Shown here: in pieces, positions 50,501-60,652 of the stretch
How the letters are laid out: every line of letters begins with the position of its first letter
Position numbering within the stretch: the stretch's first letter is position 1
DNA from: Candidatus Latescibacterota bacterium
GTDB taxonomy: Bacteria > Latescibacterota > UBA2968 > GCA-2709665
Assembly: GCA_965237675.1 (NCBI GenBank)
Contig: OZ250150.1
Location: 3,552,001-3,616,000 of the forward strand
Reading direction: 5' to 3'
Length of the DNA stretch: 64,000 bases
The notes under the pieces: generated by a model
What the model was told of the DNA's origin: nothing
The model's input: only the letters and a program-made list of their open reading frames with translations
The model's database searches: none
Translations under genes and position numbers: made by a program

Positions 50501-53361
50501 CCATTGCGCCTGCCATCGAGAGGCATTATCCGGAACTGGTGGAAAGCCAGCGTGAGGTCGTAGGCCATCTCGACGGCCCTTTGCTCGTGATTGCGGGGCC
50601 GGGATCCGGCAAAACTTTCAGCATTGTCCTGCGCGCATTGAATCTTCTATTACTGAACAAGGCCGAGCCGAAAGAAATAGTGCTCTGCACCTTTACCGAA
50701 AAGGCTGCATTCGAGATGCGGGACCGGCTGGCGGCGGCGGCCCGAAAAGTTCAGTACGGCGGCGACCTTTCGGAACTGACCGTTTCGACCATACACGGGT
50801 TCTGCGACCGCGTGCTTTCTCAGCACAGGCACCGGACGGATCTCGGGCACAACTACGAAACCTTAGACGAACTGACACAACTTCTCTTTATATTTGAGCA
50901 CTTCAATGAGATTGTTGGTCCGTCCGTCAATGGCCGGTTTCTCAATCACTGGACAACACGCTGGACTGCCATAGAGGGAGCACGCGGCTATTTTGACAAG
51001 ATCACGGAAGAACTGGTTGATCCTTGCCGTCTCACGGCTTCCGACGACCCTTTCGTTGCTGCTATCGGCACCGCGTATCAACGCTACGAGCAGGCCCTGT
51101 TAGCGGCCAACCGGGTCGATTTCGCCCACCTGCAACGGCACGTTTACGAATTACTCGAACAGAATGCGGACGCGGGGGCCGTCGCTCCGGACGTACATTA
51201 TCTGCTGGTAGATGAATACCAGGACACGAACTACATCCAGGAGCAGCTTCTCCTTAAATTGGCCAAACCCGGCAACAACCTGTGCGTCGTCGGAGACGAG
51301 GATCAGAGTATCTACCGCTTCAGGGGTGCGACCGTGCGCAACATTCTGGAGTTCGCGCAGCGTGTACCGGATTGCCGGATCGCCAGGTTAACAACCAACT
51401 ACCGTTCGAACCGCGCGATCGTGGAACGCTACGACCATTGGATGACCTCAAGCGATTGGTCCAACCTGGCCGGAGGATCGTTCCGTCACGACAAGACAAT
51501 CGTCGCAGACCCTCAAGGGCAGCACCCTGATTATCCGTCCGTAATCAGCATATGGGGCCGTGACCGACGAGATGAGGCCGACCGGTTTGCCGACTTGGTC
51601 GAGTTTCTTAAGGAGAACGAGGTCATAAAGGACTACAGCCAGGTTGCATTGCTCCTGCATAGTGTACGCTTGGGACAAAGCGGCCCTTATACGCAGGCGC
51701 TCGAGAGCAAGGGGATTCCAGCGTTCTGCCCTCGGGCACGCGTCTTTTTCGATATTCCCGAGATTCGCGATCTGGTCGCCTGCTTCGCCGTCCTGTTCGG
51801 CTGGTACGGCGACCGGCGTGGAGAACTCGCCGGCGCCCTCAGGAATCTGGCGAAGTACGTAGACGAGGCCATTGTAGAACTTAGTAAACGCTTCGCGTCA
51901 CCCCACCCGCTAGCCGGGGAGCTTCAGCGGTGGACCGACGAGATCGCCGCTCTTCAGGACGGCGAGACACTGGACCAGCGTCCGGCCGACTACTTCTACA
52001 GACTACTTGCGTTTGAACCCTTCAGGCAGGCCATTCAAAACGAAAACACCGCCCGCAACTTTGCTATTTTTTCCGAGCTTCTCAATGTCTTTCAAAGCTA
52101 CTATCACTATTCGGTCATTACTTACAGGAACCGCGAGTACATCCGCTTTCACTTTTTCAATAGCTTCTTGCGGTTTCTTTACGCTGGCGGCATCAACGAG
52201 TACGAGGATCCGGAACAGCGTTTCCCATGGGGACATGTTCAAGTAATGACCATCCATCAGGCAAAGGGGCTCGAGTTCCCGGTGGTCGTGGTCGGCTCAC
52301 TATCGACATCTCTAAGGAGTCCGAAGCAAATCGACCGAAATCTCGAACCCTTCTATCACCGTCCGCCTTTCGAGCCCGAGGACCGCATCACGCTCTTCGA
52401 CCGAATGCGTCTGCACTACGTTGCGTTTTCAAGGCCGCAGAAAATGCTCGTACTTACATCCGCCGAACAACCCAAAAACCACTTCGCATCTATCTGGCAG
52501 GGGCTCCCGCAATGGCCGTACGTCCCGAGGGAATTGCTCGCCGCCCAGTCCTTCGAGCCGCACGAACGCATGCCGGTCAAGAAGACGTACAGCTTCACCG
52601 GCGACCTTAAGGTTTACGAGACATGCCCGCGCCAATATCAATTCTTCCGCGAATACGATTTTACGCCGTCACGTTCCGCCGAAATGTATTTCGGACTGCT
52701 GGTCCATCAGACAATTGAGGAGATTCACAGATTCGCCCTGGACGGGCAACTCCATACGCTAGACGAGGAACGGATCCAGGGGTTGTTTGAAAGGACGTTT
52801 CGGTTTCTACATCTCTCCGGCAGGCGCCCCATCGGGGATAAAGCAAAAGAGTTGGCATTTACGCAGGTAATCAACTATTTTCGACAGAATCAGGACGCAA
52901 TGAATCGGATCATTGAAACAGAGGTGGACGTCTCGCTGGAGAAGGACCGGTACATCCTGACCGGAAAGGTGGACCTGTTGATCGGCGGTGACGGAAAGTT
53001 GGAACTGCTCGACTTTAAGACGTCGCCACGCCCGACGAACTCCTCGGAGCTTATCTCGGCATACGAACGGCAACTTTGCACCTATGCGCACATTCTGGAG
53101 CAGCGGCACGGAAAGCACGTTGACCGGCTGCTTCTATATTGGACTGCGGAGGAACAAAAGGACCAAGCGCTCATGGTCCTACCGTATCGCCCTGAATCCG
53201 TGGAAAACGCGGGCCGGCACTTCGACGAGACTGTTAACCGAATTCAGACAGGCCAGTTCGCGGTCAAAAGGCCACCCGAGGCGAAAATCTGCCAGGAGTG
53301 CGATCTGCGGATGCTGTGCCATTCGGAAGGCGTTATCGGACGGGCCCAGATGGCCAATTGA
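50497..53361 (+). CDS. UvrD/PcrA-type SF1 helicase fused to Cas4/AddB-like PD-(D/E)XK nuclease
   Basis: AGPGSGKT, DEYQD, GDEDQSIYRFRGA, NYRS, MTIHQAKGLEF, YVAFSR; C-terminal CPRQY..GKVD..DFKT..QL..Y..CQECDLRMLC. GTG overlaps the radC stop. Confidence 0.9.
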   Translation: MTIAPAIERHYPELVESQREVVGHLDGPLLVIAGPGSGKTFSIVLRALNLLLLNKAEPKEIVLCTFTEKAAFEMRDRLAAAARKVQYGGDLSELTVSTIHGFCDRVLSQHRHRTDLGHNYETLDELTQLLFIFEHFNEIVGPSVNGRFLNHWTTRWTAIEGARGYFDKITEELVDPCRLTASDDPFVAAIGTAYQRYEQALLAANRVDFAHLQRHVYELLEQNADAGAVAPDVHYLLVDEYQDTNYIQEQLLLKLAKPGNNLCVVGDEDQSIYRFRGATVRNILEFAQRVPDCRIARLTTNYRSNRAIVERYDHWMTSSDWSNLAGGSFRHDKTIVADPQGQHPDYPSVISIWGRDRRDEADRFADLVEFLKENEVIKDYSQVALLLHSVRLGQSGPYTQALESKGIPAFCPRARVFFDIPEIRDLVACFAVLFGWYGDRRGELAGALRNLAKYVDEAIVELSKRFASPHPLAGELQRWTDEIAALQDGETLDQRPADYFYRLLAFEPFRQAIQNENTARNFAIFSELLNVFQSYYHYSVITYRNREYIRFHFFNSFLRFLYAGGINEYEDPEQRFPWGHVQVMTIHQAKGLEFPVVVVGSLSTSLRSPKQIDRNLEPFYHRPPFEPEDRITLFDRMRLHYVAFSRPQKMLVLTSAEQPKNHFASIWQGLPQWPYVPRELLAAQSFEPHERMPVKKTYSFTGDLKVYETCPRQYQFFREYDFTPSRSAEMYFGLLVHQTIEEIHRFALDGQLHTLDEERIQGLFERTFRFLHLSGRRPIGDKAKELAFTQVINYFRQNQDAMNRIIETEVDVSLEKDRYILTGKVDLLIGGDGKLELLDFKTSPRPTNSSELISAYERQLCTYAHILEQRHGKHVDRLLLYWTAEEQKDQALMVLPYRPESVENAGRHFDETVNRIQTGQFAVKRPPEAKICQECDLRMLCHSEGVIGRAQMAN

Positions 53362-53427
53362 CGAGGGACGAAACAGATTTCCGAACCATAGGGCTTGGTC
53401 ACTTTAGCGCATAAGAGGAACACTGTT

Positions 53428-55335
53428 ATGGCAAAGATTGACATTACGAGGACCGAGTTGGTCTGGCCCGGCAAGTACAACGAGGATGGAACCCTCAGGG
53501 AAGTTCAGCGGGTAAATCTTCCGTTCCAGGTGATCGAGACTGTCAACGAGAGCCGTGCTACACGTGAAGCAAAGAAGGACGTCGTTCAGGGATCGCTATT
53601 CGAAATCTACGAAGGTAAGGAGGGAGACACATTTGAGGATGGGTGGAAGAACAAGCTTATCTGGGGCGACAATCTGTTGGTAATGGGGTCGCTGTTGGAA
53701 AAGTTCGCGGGAAAAGTCGACTTGATTTATATCGATCCGCCGTTTGCGACTGGAGCGGATTTCTCGTTTACAACGGAAATCGGCGAAAAGGGTCTGGAGG
53801 TCTCGAAAGAACAGTCTCTCATAGAAGAGAAGGCCTACCGCGATACTTGGGGACGAGGAATTGATTCGTACGCATCCATGATCTACGAACGCCTCTGTTT
53901 GATGCATGATCTGTTGGCGCCATCCGGACTAATTTATGTACACTGCGATTACCGCGTTAACTATCTAATGCGGTCGATGCTTGACGAAATCTTCGGCAGA
54001 GAAAACCTCCGCAATGAAATCGTGTGGTGCTACAGGGGTGGGGGTACACCGCTTAATGACTTTGCTGAGAAACATGATGTAATCCTAAGGTATAGTAGAG
54101 GATCCAACTATTATTTCGACGTAGATCCAGTACGGATTCCCTACTCAGAGGCAAGCACCGAACGGTTGAAAAACAAGGCAAACGTATTCCGCGGTGACAA
54201 AGTCTATCGCAACTACGAGCCACACGAGCTTGGCAAGCATCCCGAGGATTGGTGGACGATACAGCCAATCATGCCGTCGGAGAAACAAGAACGGAGCGTA
54301 TGCTACTATCCGACGCAGAAACCGGTGGAACTATTGCAAAGGATTGTCGAATCGTCGTCACCGGCTAACGGTCTCGTGCTCGACGTGTTTTGCGGAAGCG
54401 GTTCGACGCTTGTTGCCGCAGAGGGACTACGAGTTCAGCGTGGTGATCAGGCCCAAAAGTCTCTCGGGTTCGCGAAACACAGGCGGAGGTGGATAGGATG
54501 CGATCTAGGGCGATTTGCGGTGCATACTTCAAGGAAGAGGCTTCTTGAAATCAAAGACTGCAGGCCGTTCGATATGTTGAACCTTGGGAAGTACGAGCGC
54601 CAGTACTGGCAAGGCGTGACATTTGGCGGTAGTACGAACAAGCTTATCGCTGAACAGACTGTGTATGAGTACCTCGCCTTCATCCTCAAGTTGTACGGCG
54701 CGCAGCCTATCTCCGGACTGCAACATCTTCACGGCAAAATAGGTAAGGCCATGATACACATCGGCGCAGTGGATGCGCCGGTCACCATTGATGAGATTGG
54801 CGACGCAGTGGCAGAATGCGCCAAGTTGAATCAGCATGAACTACACGTCTTGGGCTGGGAGTGGGAAATGGGTCTTCAGAATCTCGTCGTTCCCGAAGCG
54901 CAAAAAAAGGATGTGAAACTCACACTTCTGCAGATTCCCCGCGAAGTTATGGAAAAGCAAGCCGTGGACCGGGACGACATCCGGTTCTTTGAACTCGCAT
55001 ATTTAAACGCGATTGTCGTTAGGTCAATGAAGCGGAGTATACAGGTGAAGCTTAAAGATTTCGTCATACCCAACTCGGAACTGATTCCTAACGAAGTGCG
55101 TGAGAAGATTGGGAAATGGTCTGACTACATTGACTATTGGGCCGTGGATTGGGACTTTCGGAACGATACGTTTATGCAGGGTTGGGTGACTTACCGTACC
55201 CGCAAAGATCGAACGCTCACACTCATTTCCGACTCGCACGTCTACGAGAGGCCCGACAATTACCGCTTGCTGGTCAAGGTAATTGACATCTTCGGCAACG
55301 ACACGTCGCAGGCCCTTGAAATTGAGGCGAATTAG
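53428..55335 (+). CDS. mod: Type III restriction-modification methyltransferase (Mod)
   Basis: LIYIDPPF precedes YPTQKP and DVFCGSGST (beta-class order); C-terminal KVIDIFGND. Confidence 0.88.
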   Translation: MAKIDITRTELVWPGKYNEDGTLREVQRVNLPFQVIETVNESRATREAKKDVVQGSLFEIYEGKEGDTFEDGWKNKLIWGDNLLVMGSLLEKFAGKVDLIYIDPPFATGADFSFTTEIGEKGLEVSKEQSLIEEKAYRDTWGRGIDSYASMIYERLCLMHDLLAPSGLIYVHCDYRVNYLMRSMLDEIFGRENLRNEIVWCYRGGGTPLNDFAEKHDVILRYSRGSNYYFDVDPVRIPYSEASTERLKNKANVFRGDKVYRNYEPHELGKHPEDWWTIQPIMPSEKQERSVCYYPTQKPVELLQRIVESSSPANGLVLDVFCGSGSTLVAAEGLRVQRGDQAQKSLGFAKHRRRWIGCDLGRFAVHTSRKRLLEIKDCRPFDMLNLGKYERQYWQGVTFGGSTNKLIAEQTVYEYLAFILKLYGAQPISGLQHLHGKIGKAMIHIGAVDAPVTIDEIGDAVAECAKLNQHELHVLGWEWEMGLQNLVVPEAQKKDVKLTLLQIPREVMEKQAVDRDDIRFFELAYLNAIVVRSMKRSIQVKLKDFVIPNSELIPNEVREKIGKWSDYIDYWAVDWDFRNDTFMQGWVTYRTRKDRTLTLISDSHVYERPDNYRLLVKVIDIFGNDTSQALEIEAN

Positions 55336-55337
55336 GC

Positions 55338-58181
55338 ATGGCTAAAGCCGTCATTAACTACGATAGGGATCTACCAGAGGTGCAAGATCGCCGTCCCTGG
55401 GAAAAGCCAACATCCCATCTCGTCAAAGACGACGATGCGCCGACGGGTTGGCTTGAGGATAGCTCCGGTCGCCGTCCGAGCAATCTCCTGCTCGTGCCGA
55501 AAATCCGCAAAGCCGTCGATAACTGGCGAGACAGTGGGTACGCGGGCGCCTCGGAAGTTACCCTGCGCCTGTTTGAGTATTGGTTCGAGGAGGATCACAG
55601 CGTCCCGGGATTTGACGTCCCATTTCGGTACTACTTCTGTCAACGGGAAGCCATAGATACGCTGGCTTGGATGTTGGAAATCGCTGGCCAGCGCGACGCA
55701 AAGGACCTAATTGAAGCCCACGGCTCGATCTATCAAGAAGACCTTCTCTTGAAGAACATCGAGTTTCAGACCACAATGGACGGTACCAGACAGCTACGCA
55801 GATATGTGCCGGAACTGGAGCGAGAAGGATTACAGGACTTGCCGCCCAAGGACCTGTGTCGCTTCGCCTTCAAAATGGCCACGGGTTCGGGCAAGACCTG
55901 GGTGATGGCGATGGCGGTCGTCTGGGCACGCTACCACAAGCAGCGCGTCCCCGGATCGGAACTCTCCTCGAACTTCCTCATCGTGGCGCCCAATGTCATT
56001 GTCTACCAGCGGCTGGAGAAGGACTTTGCAAACAACCGTATATTCCACGAATTGCCGTTGATCCCGCCTGAATGGAAAGGCACTTTCTCTCAAAAGGTGA
56101 TCCTTCGTGGAGATGCCGCCGAGCCGGATCTGGATGGAAATTTGTTCCTCACCAATATTCATCAACTCTACGAATCTCGCGCCGAGGAGTGGACAGCGGA
56201 GAACGCCGTTGAAGCCCTTTTGGGCAAGAAACCCGCACAAGACTTGGCGGCATCCGGTCAGCGTTCAGTGCTGGAACGCGTGAAGTCACTGAAAGACCTC
56301 ATCGTGCTCAATGACGAGGCACACCATGTGCACAAAGAGGATCTGGCGTGGAGTCGATCGCTGCTGGCAGTTCACAACGCGCTGCCAATCGGTCTTAGCA
56401 TGTGGCTCGACTTCTCGGCCACGCCCAAAGACCAGAACGGGATGTACTTCCCATGGACGGTCGTGGATTATCCGTTGGCGCAGGCTGTAGAGGATAAAAT
56501 CGTCAAGGCGCCGCTCATCGTAGAGCGGGAGGATGACTCCAATCAGCCGACCGAAGATCCCGTCGGCGTCACAAAGTCGAACATCGCGGAAAAATATGGA
56601 TACTGGCTAAGGGCCGCCGTACAGCGGTGGAAGGAACACTGGCGAATTTATAGGAAGCTCAACACCCGGCCAGTGCTTTTTGTCATGGTGGAGAAGAACG
56701 TCTATGCTGACGAGTTAGGTGCGTTTCTGTGGAAGACGGAGGAATTCGGCTTCAAGCAATCCGAGGTACTCATTATCCACACGGACAACACGGGGGAAGT
56801 TCGAAGTGGAGATATTGAGAAAGCCCGGCAAGCGGCACGGGACATCGATACGGCTGAAAGCAAGATAAAAGTCATTGTCAGCGTAATGATGTTGCGCGAG
56901 GGGTGGGACGTGCGTAACGTGACGGTAGTGCTCGGGCTGCGTCCTTTCACCGCAAGAGCTGAGATACTCCCAGAACAGGTGATTGGTCGTGGATTGCGCC
57001 TGATGACACAGGTAAGTCCTGATAAGACACAGACCCTTGAAGTGCTTGGAACGCGGAACCTGCTCAACGTTCTACGCGACCAACTCGAAACCGAAGGGGT
57101 CGGGGTGCTGAGCACTAAGGAAGACCCGCCGTTACCGGTTGTGATCGCACCTGTAAAGGAACGGCTAAAGTACGACGTTACAATTCCGATCACTAAGCCC
57201 AGTCTAACGCATGATTTTCGCAGGCTGTCCACCGTGGATGTGTCTTCGCTTGAATCGATTTACGAGCGGCAAGATCTGTCAGAGGCGTATCGGATACGTT
57301 TGAAGATGGAATTCGCAACTACCGAGACCGAGGTCCATCAGGCCGACATTGTTGTGGAACCCCGCCCCGCACAGGAACTGCTGGCGACGATCACTAAAAG
57401 GACCACTGAGCGTGCAAACCTGACGAATCGTTTTGCGGAAATGTATCCGATCGTGCAGACCTATGTCATGAATCGGTGTTTTGGGCGAAAAATCGAAATG
57501 GACGATGAAAACATCCGCTCCCATCTGGGTAGGCTCGAACTGCAGGAGGGTATTGCCGGATACATGGCCCGCGAGATCGCGGCAATCGCGGTCGAGCGGC
57601 GTGCGGTTGAGTTCGAAAACGAGCATTTTCGTCTCTCCCTGACGAAGCCATTCAGTTGGCGCCGAAATTTGCCGCCGTTGAAAGCGATAAAGACGATTTT
57701 CAACTATGTGGCCACCTACAACGACTTTGAGCGCATTTTTGCGGAGTTTTTGGACAGCGCCAGTGATGTCATACGCTTTGCGGCACTCGGCACAACGGAA
57801 CAGGGCAATTCTGCCACGACATTCCGCATCGATTATCTGAAACGAAGCGGGGCTATCGGATTCTATTACCCTGACTGGGTCGTCGTCCAAGTTGCCGAAG
57901 GCGGCGAAGTGAACTGGGTCGTCGAAACCAAAGGCCGAGTTTGGGAAGGGACTGATGAGAAGGATAAAGCAGCGCGGGAGTGGTGCAAGCGGGTAAGCGA
58001 ATCCACCGGAAAGCCCTGGAAGTACACCCGCATCAACCAGTCCGAGTTTTCCGACGAGTGCCCGACGTTCGCCGCGTTCCTCTGGAGACGAGCGCTTAAA
58101 ACATCGAGTGAACGCCAGAGGGAGATGCGGCCGGTGACGCAAGAAGAAATTCGCAAATGGAAAGAGGAGGGCCGGCGCTGA
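55338..58181 (+). CDS. res: Type III restriction endonuclease (Res) with atypical C-terminal tail
   Basis: MATGSGKT, NDEAHH, SATP, LREGWDV, EQVIGRGLR; nuclease YYPDW..VETKG. Confidence 0.88.
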   Translation: MAKAVINYDRDLPEVQDRRPWEKPTSHLVKDDDAPTGWLEDSSGRRPSNLLLVPKIRKAVDNWRDSGYAGASEVTLRLFEYWFEEDHSVPGFDVPFRYYFCQREAIDTLAWMLEIAGQRDAKDLIEAHGSIYQEDLLLKNIEFQTTMDGTRQLRRYVPELEREGLQDLPPKDLCRFAFKMATGSGKTWVMAMAVVWARYHKQRVPGSELSSNFLIVAPNVIVYQRLEKDFANNRIFHELPLIPPEWKGTFSQKVILRGDAAEPDLDGNLFLTNIHQLYESRAEEWTAENAVEALLGKKPAQDLAASGQRSVLERVKSLKDLIVLNDEAHHVHKEDLAWSRSLLAVHNALPIGLSMWLDFSATPKDQNGMYFPWTVVDYPLAQAVEDKIVKAPLIVEREDDSNQPTEDPVGVTKSNIAEKYGYWLRAAVQRWKEHWRIYRKLNTRPVLFVMVEKNVYADELGAFLWKTEEFGFKQSEVLIIHTDNTGEVRSGDIEKARQAARDIDTAESKIKVIVSVMMLREGWDVRNVTVVLGLRPFTARAEILPEQVIGRGLRLMTQVSPDKTQTLEVLGTRNLLNVLRDQLETEGVGVLSTKEDPPLPVVIAPVKERLKYDVTIPITKPSLTHDFRRLSTVDVSSLESIYERQDLSEAYRIRLKMEFATTETEVHQADIVVEPRPAQELLATITKRTTERANLTNRFAEMYPIVQTYVMNRCFGRKIEMDDENIRSHLGRLELQEGIAGYMAREIAAIAVERRAVEFENEHFRLSLTKPFSWRRNLPPLKAIKTIFNYVATYNDFERIFAEFLDSASDVIRFAALGTTEQGNSATTFRIDYLKRSGAIGFYYPDWVVVQVAEGGEVNWVVETKGRVWEGTDEKDKAAREWCKRVSESTGKPWKYTRINQSEFSDECPTFAAFLWRRALKTSSERQREMRPVTQEEIRKWKEEGRR

Positions 58182-58297
58182 TGGCCACGGTAATCGACGC
58201 GTCGGTGATGGGGGCCCAACTACTGTCCGACGAGGCACATAGTGACTTTGCCCGAGCCCTGCTGGAACAACTGGATACCGAAGAGCGCATTGCCCCC
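58181..58297 (+). pseudogene. Truncated VapC/PIN-domain toxin (N-terminal 39 codons)
   Basis: MATVIDASV...LLSDE...ARALLEQL...IAP is a typical PIN start; TGATG overlap with res; the expected E..N helix is absent after codon 39. Confidence 0.7.
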
Positions 58298-58359
58298 TAC
58301 ACGCTTCAATGTCCGATAGGACGATCCGAAGTTTACTTTCGCCTCTGGAACGAGCCTAG

Positions 58360-59993
58360 GAGTCTGCGCCGCAGGAAAATTCATTTCAATGGACAGGTGT
58401 GTGTAGGTATAATGGGTCGTGCAGTTCAGAAATGTCAAGCAGTAAAGAGGTTGTGAGTTATGTCAACGGAGGGAGCTATCGATGCCGACGACCTTTCGTC
58501 CGTATCACCCGGACCAGATATTGCTGTTGGCGCCTGATCTTCGGGAGTGGGTGCCTGAAGGGCATCTGTCGCACCAGGTGAGCGATCTGGTGGATTCACT
58601 GGATCTGGGGTCGTTCTACGCGCCCTATGAAGGCGATGGGCGTCGCAACGCACCTTATGAGCCATCGATGATGTTGAAGGTATTGATATATGGGTACGCG
58701 ACGGGTGTGTATTCGTCTCGTGGGATGGCTCGGAAGCTGGAGGAGGACGTGGCGTTTCGTATGTTGGCGGCAGGCAATTTTCCACAACACCGGACGATCT
58801 GCGAGTTTCGTCGTCGTCACCTAAAAGATTTCGGGTGTTTGTTCGTGGAGGTGGTTGGTGTGGCGAGGGAGATGGGTCTGGTACGTTTCGGGACGCTCTC
58901 TTTAGACGGCACGAAGGTACGAGCGAAGGCGAGCAAGCGCAAGGCCATGAGTTACCAGCGGATGTTGAAGGAACAGGCTCGTCTGGAGAAAGAGATCGGG
59001 GCGTTGCTGGCGGGGGCTGTGTCGATTGATGCCGAGGAGGACGCGCGTTACGGCGCGGATGTTCGTGGCGACGAGTTGCCGGTCGAGTTGCAGCGCAGGC
59101 AGGTTCGTCTGGCGGCGATCAAGGCGGCTCGGGAGCGTCTAAAAGCATCGCAACGGGCGGCCGACGATGCGCGCGGGCGCAAGCCCGGTCAGGATCGCAA
59201 CCCGAAGGGCGGGCGGCCTTACAAAAGAGCCTATGGCGAGCCCGACCCGAAGGCTCAGAGCAACTTCACGGACCCCGAGTCTCGGATCATGAAGACGAGC
59301 GCGGAGGGTTTCCAGCAGTGCTACAACGCCCAGACGGTTGTGGACGCCGAGCGTCAGATCATCGTGGCTGCGCATCTGGGGTCCGCGGCCACCGATCAGG
59401 GCTTTATGCTCCCTTTGCTGGATGGGGTGCAAGAGACATTCGGGGTCACGCCCGGCGCGGTTCTGGCGGATGCGGGATACTGCAACGAGGAGGACTTGGC
59501 CACGCTTGAGGAACGTGGCATCGATGGTTACGTGGCGCTGGGGCGGGAGGGCAAGGAAAGGGTGGACGTCGATTCGGAGACGCTTCCGGCGACGCATCGC
59601 ATGGGCGAAAAACTGGCGAGCACGGAAGGTCGGGGCCTGTATGCGAAGCGCAAGTGGCTCTCGGAGGCGCCCAACGGATGGATCAAGGAGATATTGGGCT
59701 TCCGACGCTTCAGCTTCCGGGGTCTGGAAAAGGTGCGTGCCGAGTGGGACCTGGTCTGCCTGGCGTTGAACGCCAGGCGGATGGCAGCGTTGACGATGTG
59801 TTGAGGCATGAGTTAGGGCGTCCTGTCCTTGTGGACTCGACATACGGGAAGCCAACCTCCCTAATATCTCGCCCTCAACACGCCTGACTGCCACGATGAC
59901 CGCGCCCGAAACTCATCATACCACTCCCAACATAACACCGAACCCAACACAGACACATCTCGCCCTTTGCAAAAACTCCTGCGGCGCAGACTC
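58360..59993 (+). mobile_element. IS1182-family insertion sequence (1634 bp)
   Basis: Perfect 17-bp IRs GAGTCTGCGCCGCAGGA (58360-76) / TCCTGCGGCGCAGACTC (59977-93); CTAG duplication at 58356-59 and 59994-97. Confidence 0.93.
58482..59804 (+). CDS. IS1182-family transposase
   Basis: LIYGYATG..SSR, LDGTKVRA, TDPESRIM, YNAQ, LADAGY and RK..SE..GWIK..GFRRF. Confidence 0.93.
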   Translation: MPTTFRPYHPDQILLLAPDLREWVPEGHLSHQVSDLVDSLDLGSFYAPYEGDGRRNAPYEPSMMLKVLIYGYATGVYSSRGMARKLEEDVAFRMLAAGNFPQHRTICEFRRRHLKDFGCLFVEVVGVAREMGLVRFGTLSLDGTKVRAKASKRKAMSYQRMLKEQARLEKEIGALLAGAVSIDAEEDARYGADVRGDELPVELQRRQVRLAAIKAARERLKASQRAADDARGRKPGQDRNPKGGRPYKRAYGEPDPKAQSNFTDPESRIMKTSAEGFQQCYNAQTVVDAERQIIVAAHLGSAATDQGFMLPLLDGVQETFGVTPGAVLADAGYCNEEDLATLEERGIDGYVALGREGKERVDVDSETLPATHRMGEKLASTEGRGLYAKRKWLSEAPNGWIKEILGFRRFSFRGLEKVRAEWDLVCLALNARRMAALTMC

Positions 59994-60107
59994 CTAGCCT
60001 GATTCATTCATGAATTGTCACGGATTGCAGTTTCAGGAAGCAGAAACAGCTTCCGGGTGATTAGAGAAACGGAAGAAAAACCTGTCTGTGACGGATTTGG
60101 CGGACGA

Positions 60108-60319
60108 GACCTAACCCCTACCCCCCTTCCTGAAAGGAAGGGGGAAATGCGATCGGTTGATGAACGGTCAGATTGGCTGAAGCCATTTCGATTGATGAAA
60201 AACTCCAGGCGAAATATTGTGATGGGTCCGCTCAATCAGAGCTCATTTAAAACCGTGTTGGCACAACGCCTGGTTCAACTCCCCCTTTCCTTGCAGGAAG
60301 GGGGCCGGGGGGAGAGGTC
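60108..60319. repeat. Inverted pair of hairpin REP-like units (MITE/REPIN-like)
   Basis: GACCTAACCCCTACCCCCCTTCCTGAAAGGAAGGGGGA (60108-45) resembles the reverse complement of 60279-60319; each has a CTTCC/GGAAG-type hairpin. Confidence 0.65.
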
Positions 60320-60652
60320 CTCCCTTATGATCAATCCCTTCACTTTTCACCGAATAGACTTGAGAAAAGGATCCTGTGATGAATATCTTGAGCCCCCACG
60401 GTAGTTTCTTCCAAGTTCATTGCTACAAGGTTATTTGCGTAACCATAATACAATGACTTGGAGTAACGAAACTGCCTTTTTTGCGAATTATTCAGGCTAG
60501 AGAACGAGTAGTCGATTTAATTTAACTGCCGCGGTTACTTTCCTTGATTACCACGGTATCAACCGTTTCGTCCCCGTGACCTTGCACGGACGCGCTGAAC
60601 CCACATTTCGACCGCTTTGAGGCCGCCCTCGCCCAGTGATTGAGGCTCTACG

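Noticed and set aside
52560-53361. Cas4-like domain as evidence for CRISPR-Cas
   Set aside because: It is the fused nuclease domain of a UvrD helicase; no cas1/cas2 or array is present in the window.
58157-58456. 99-aa ORF as a complete gene
   Set aside because: Chimera of the vapC N-terminus, unrelated sequence and the IS1182 left end.
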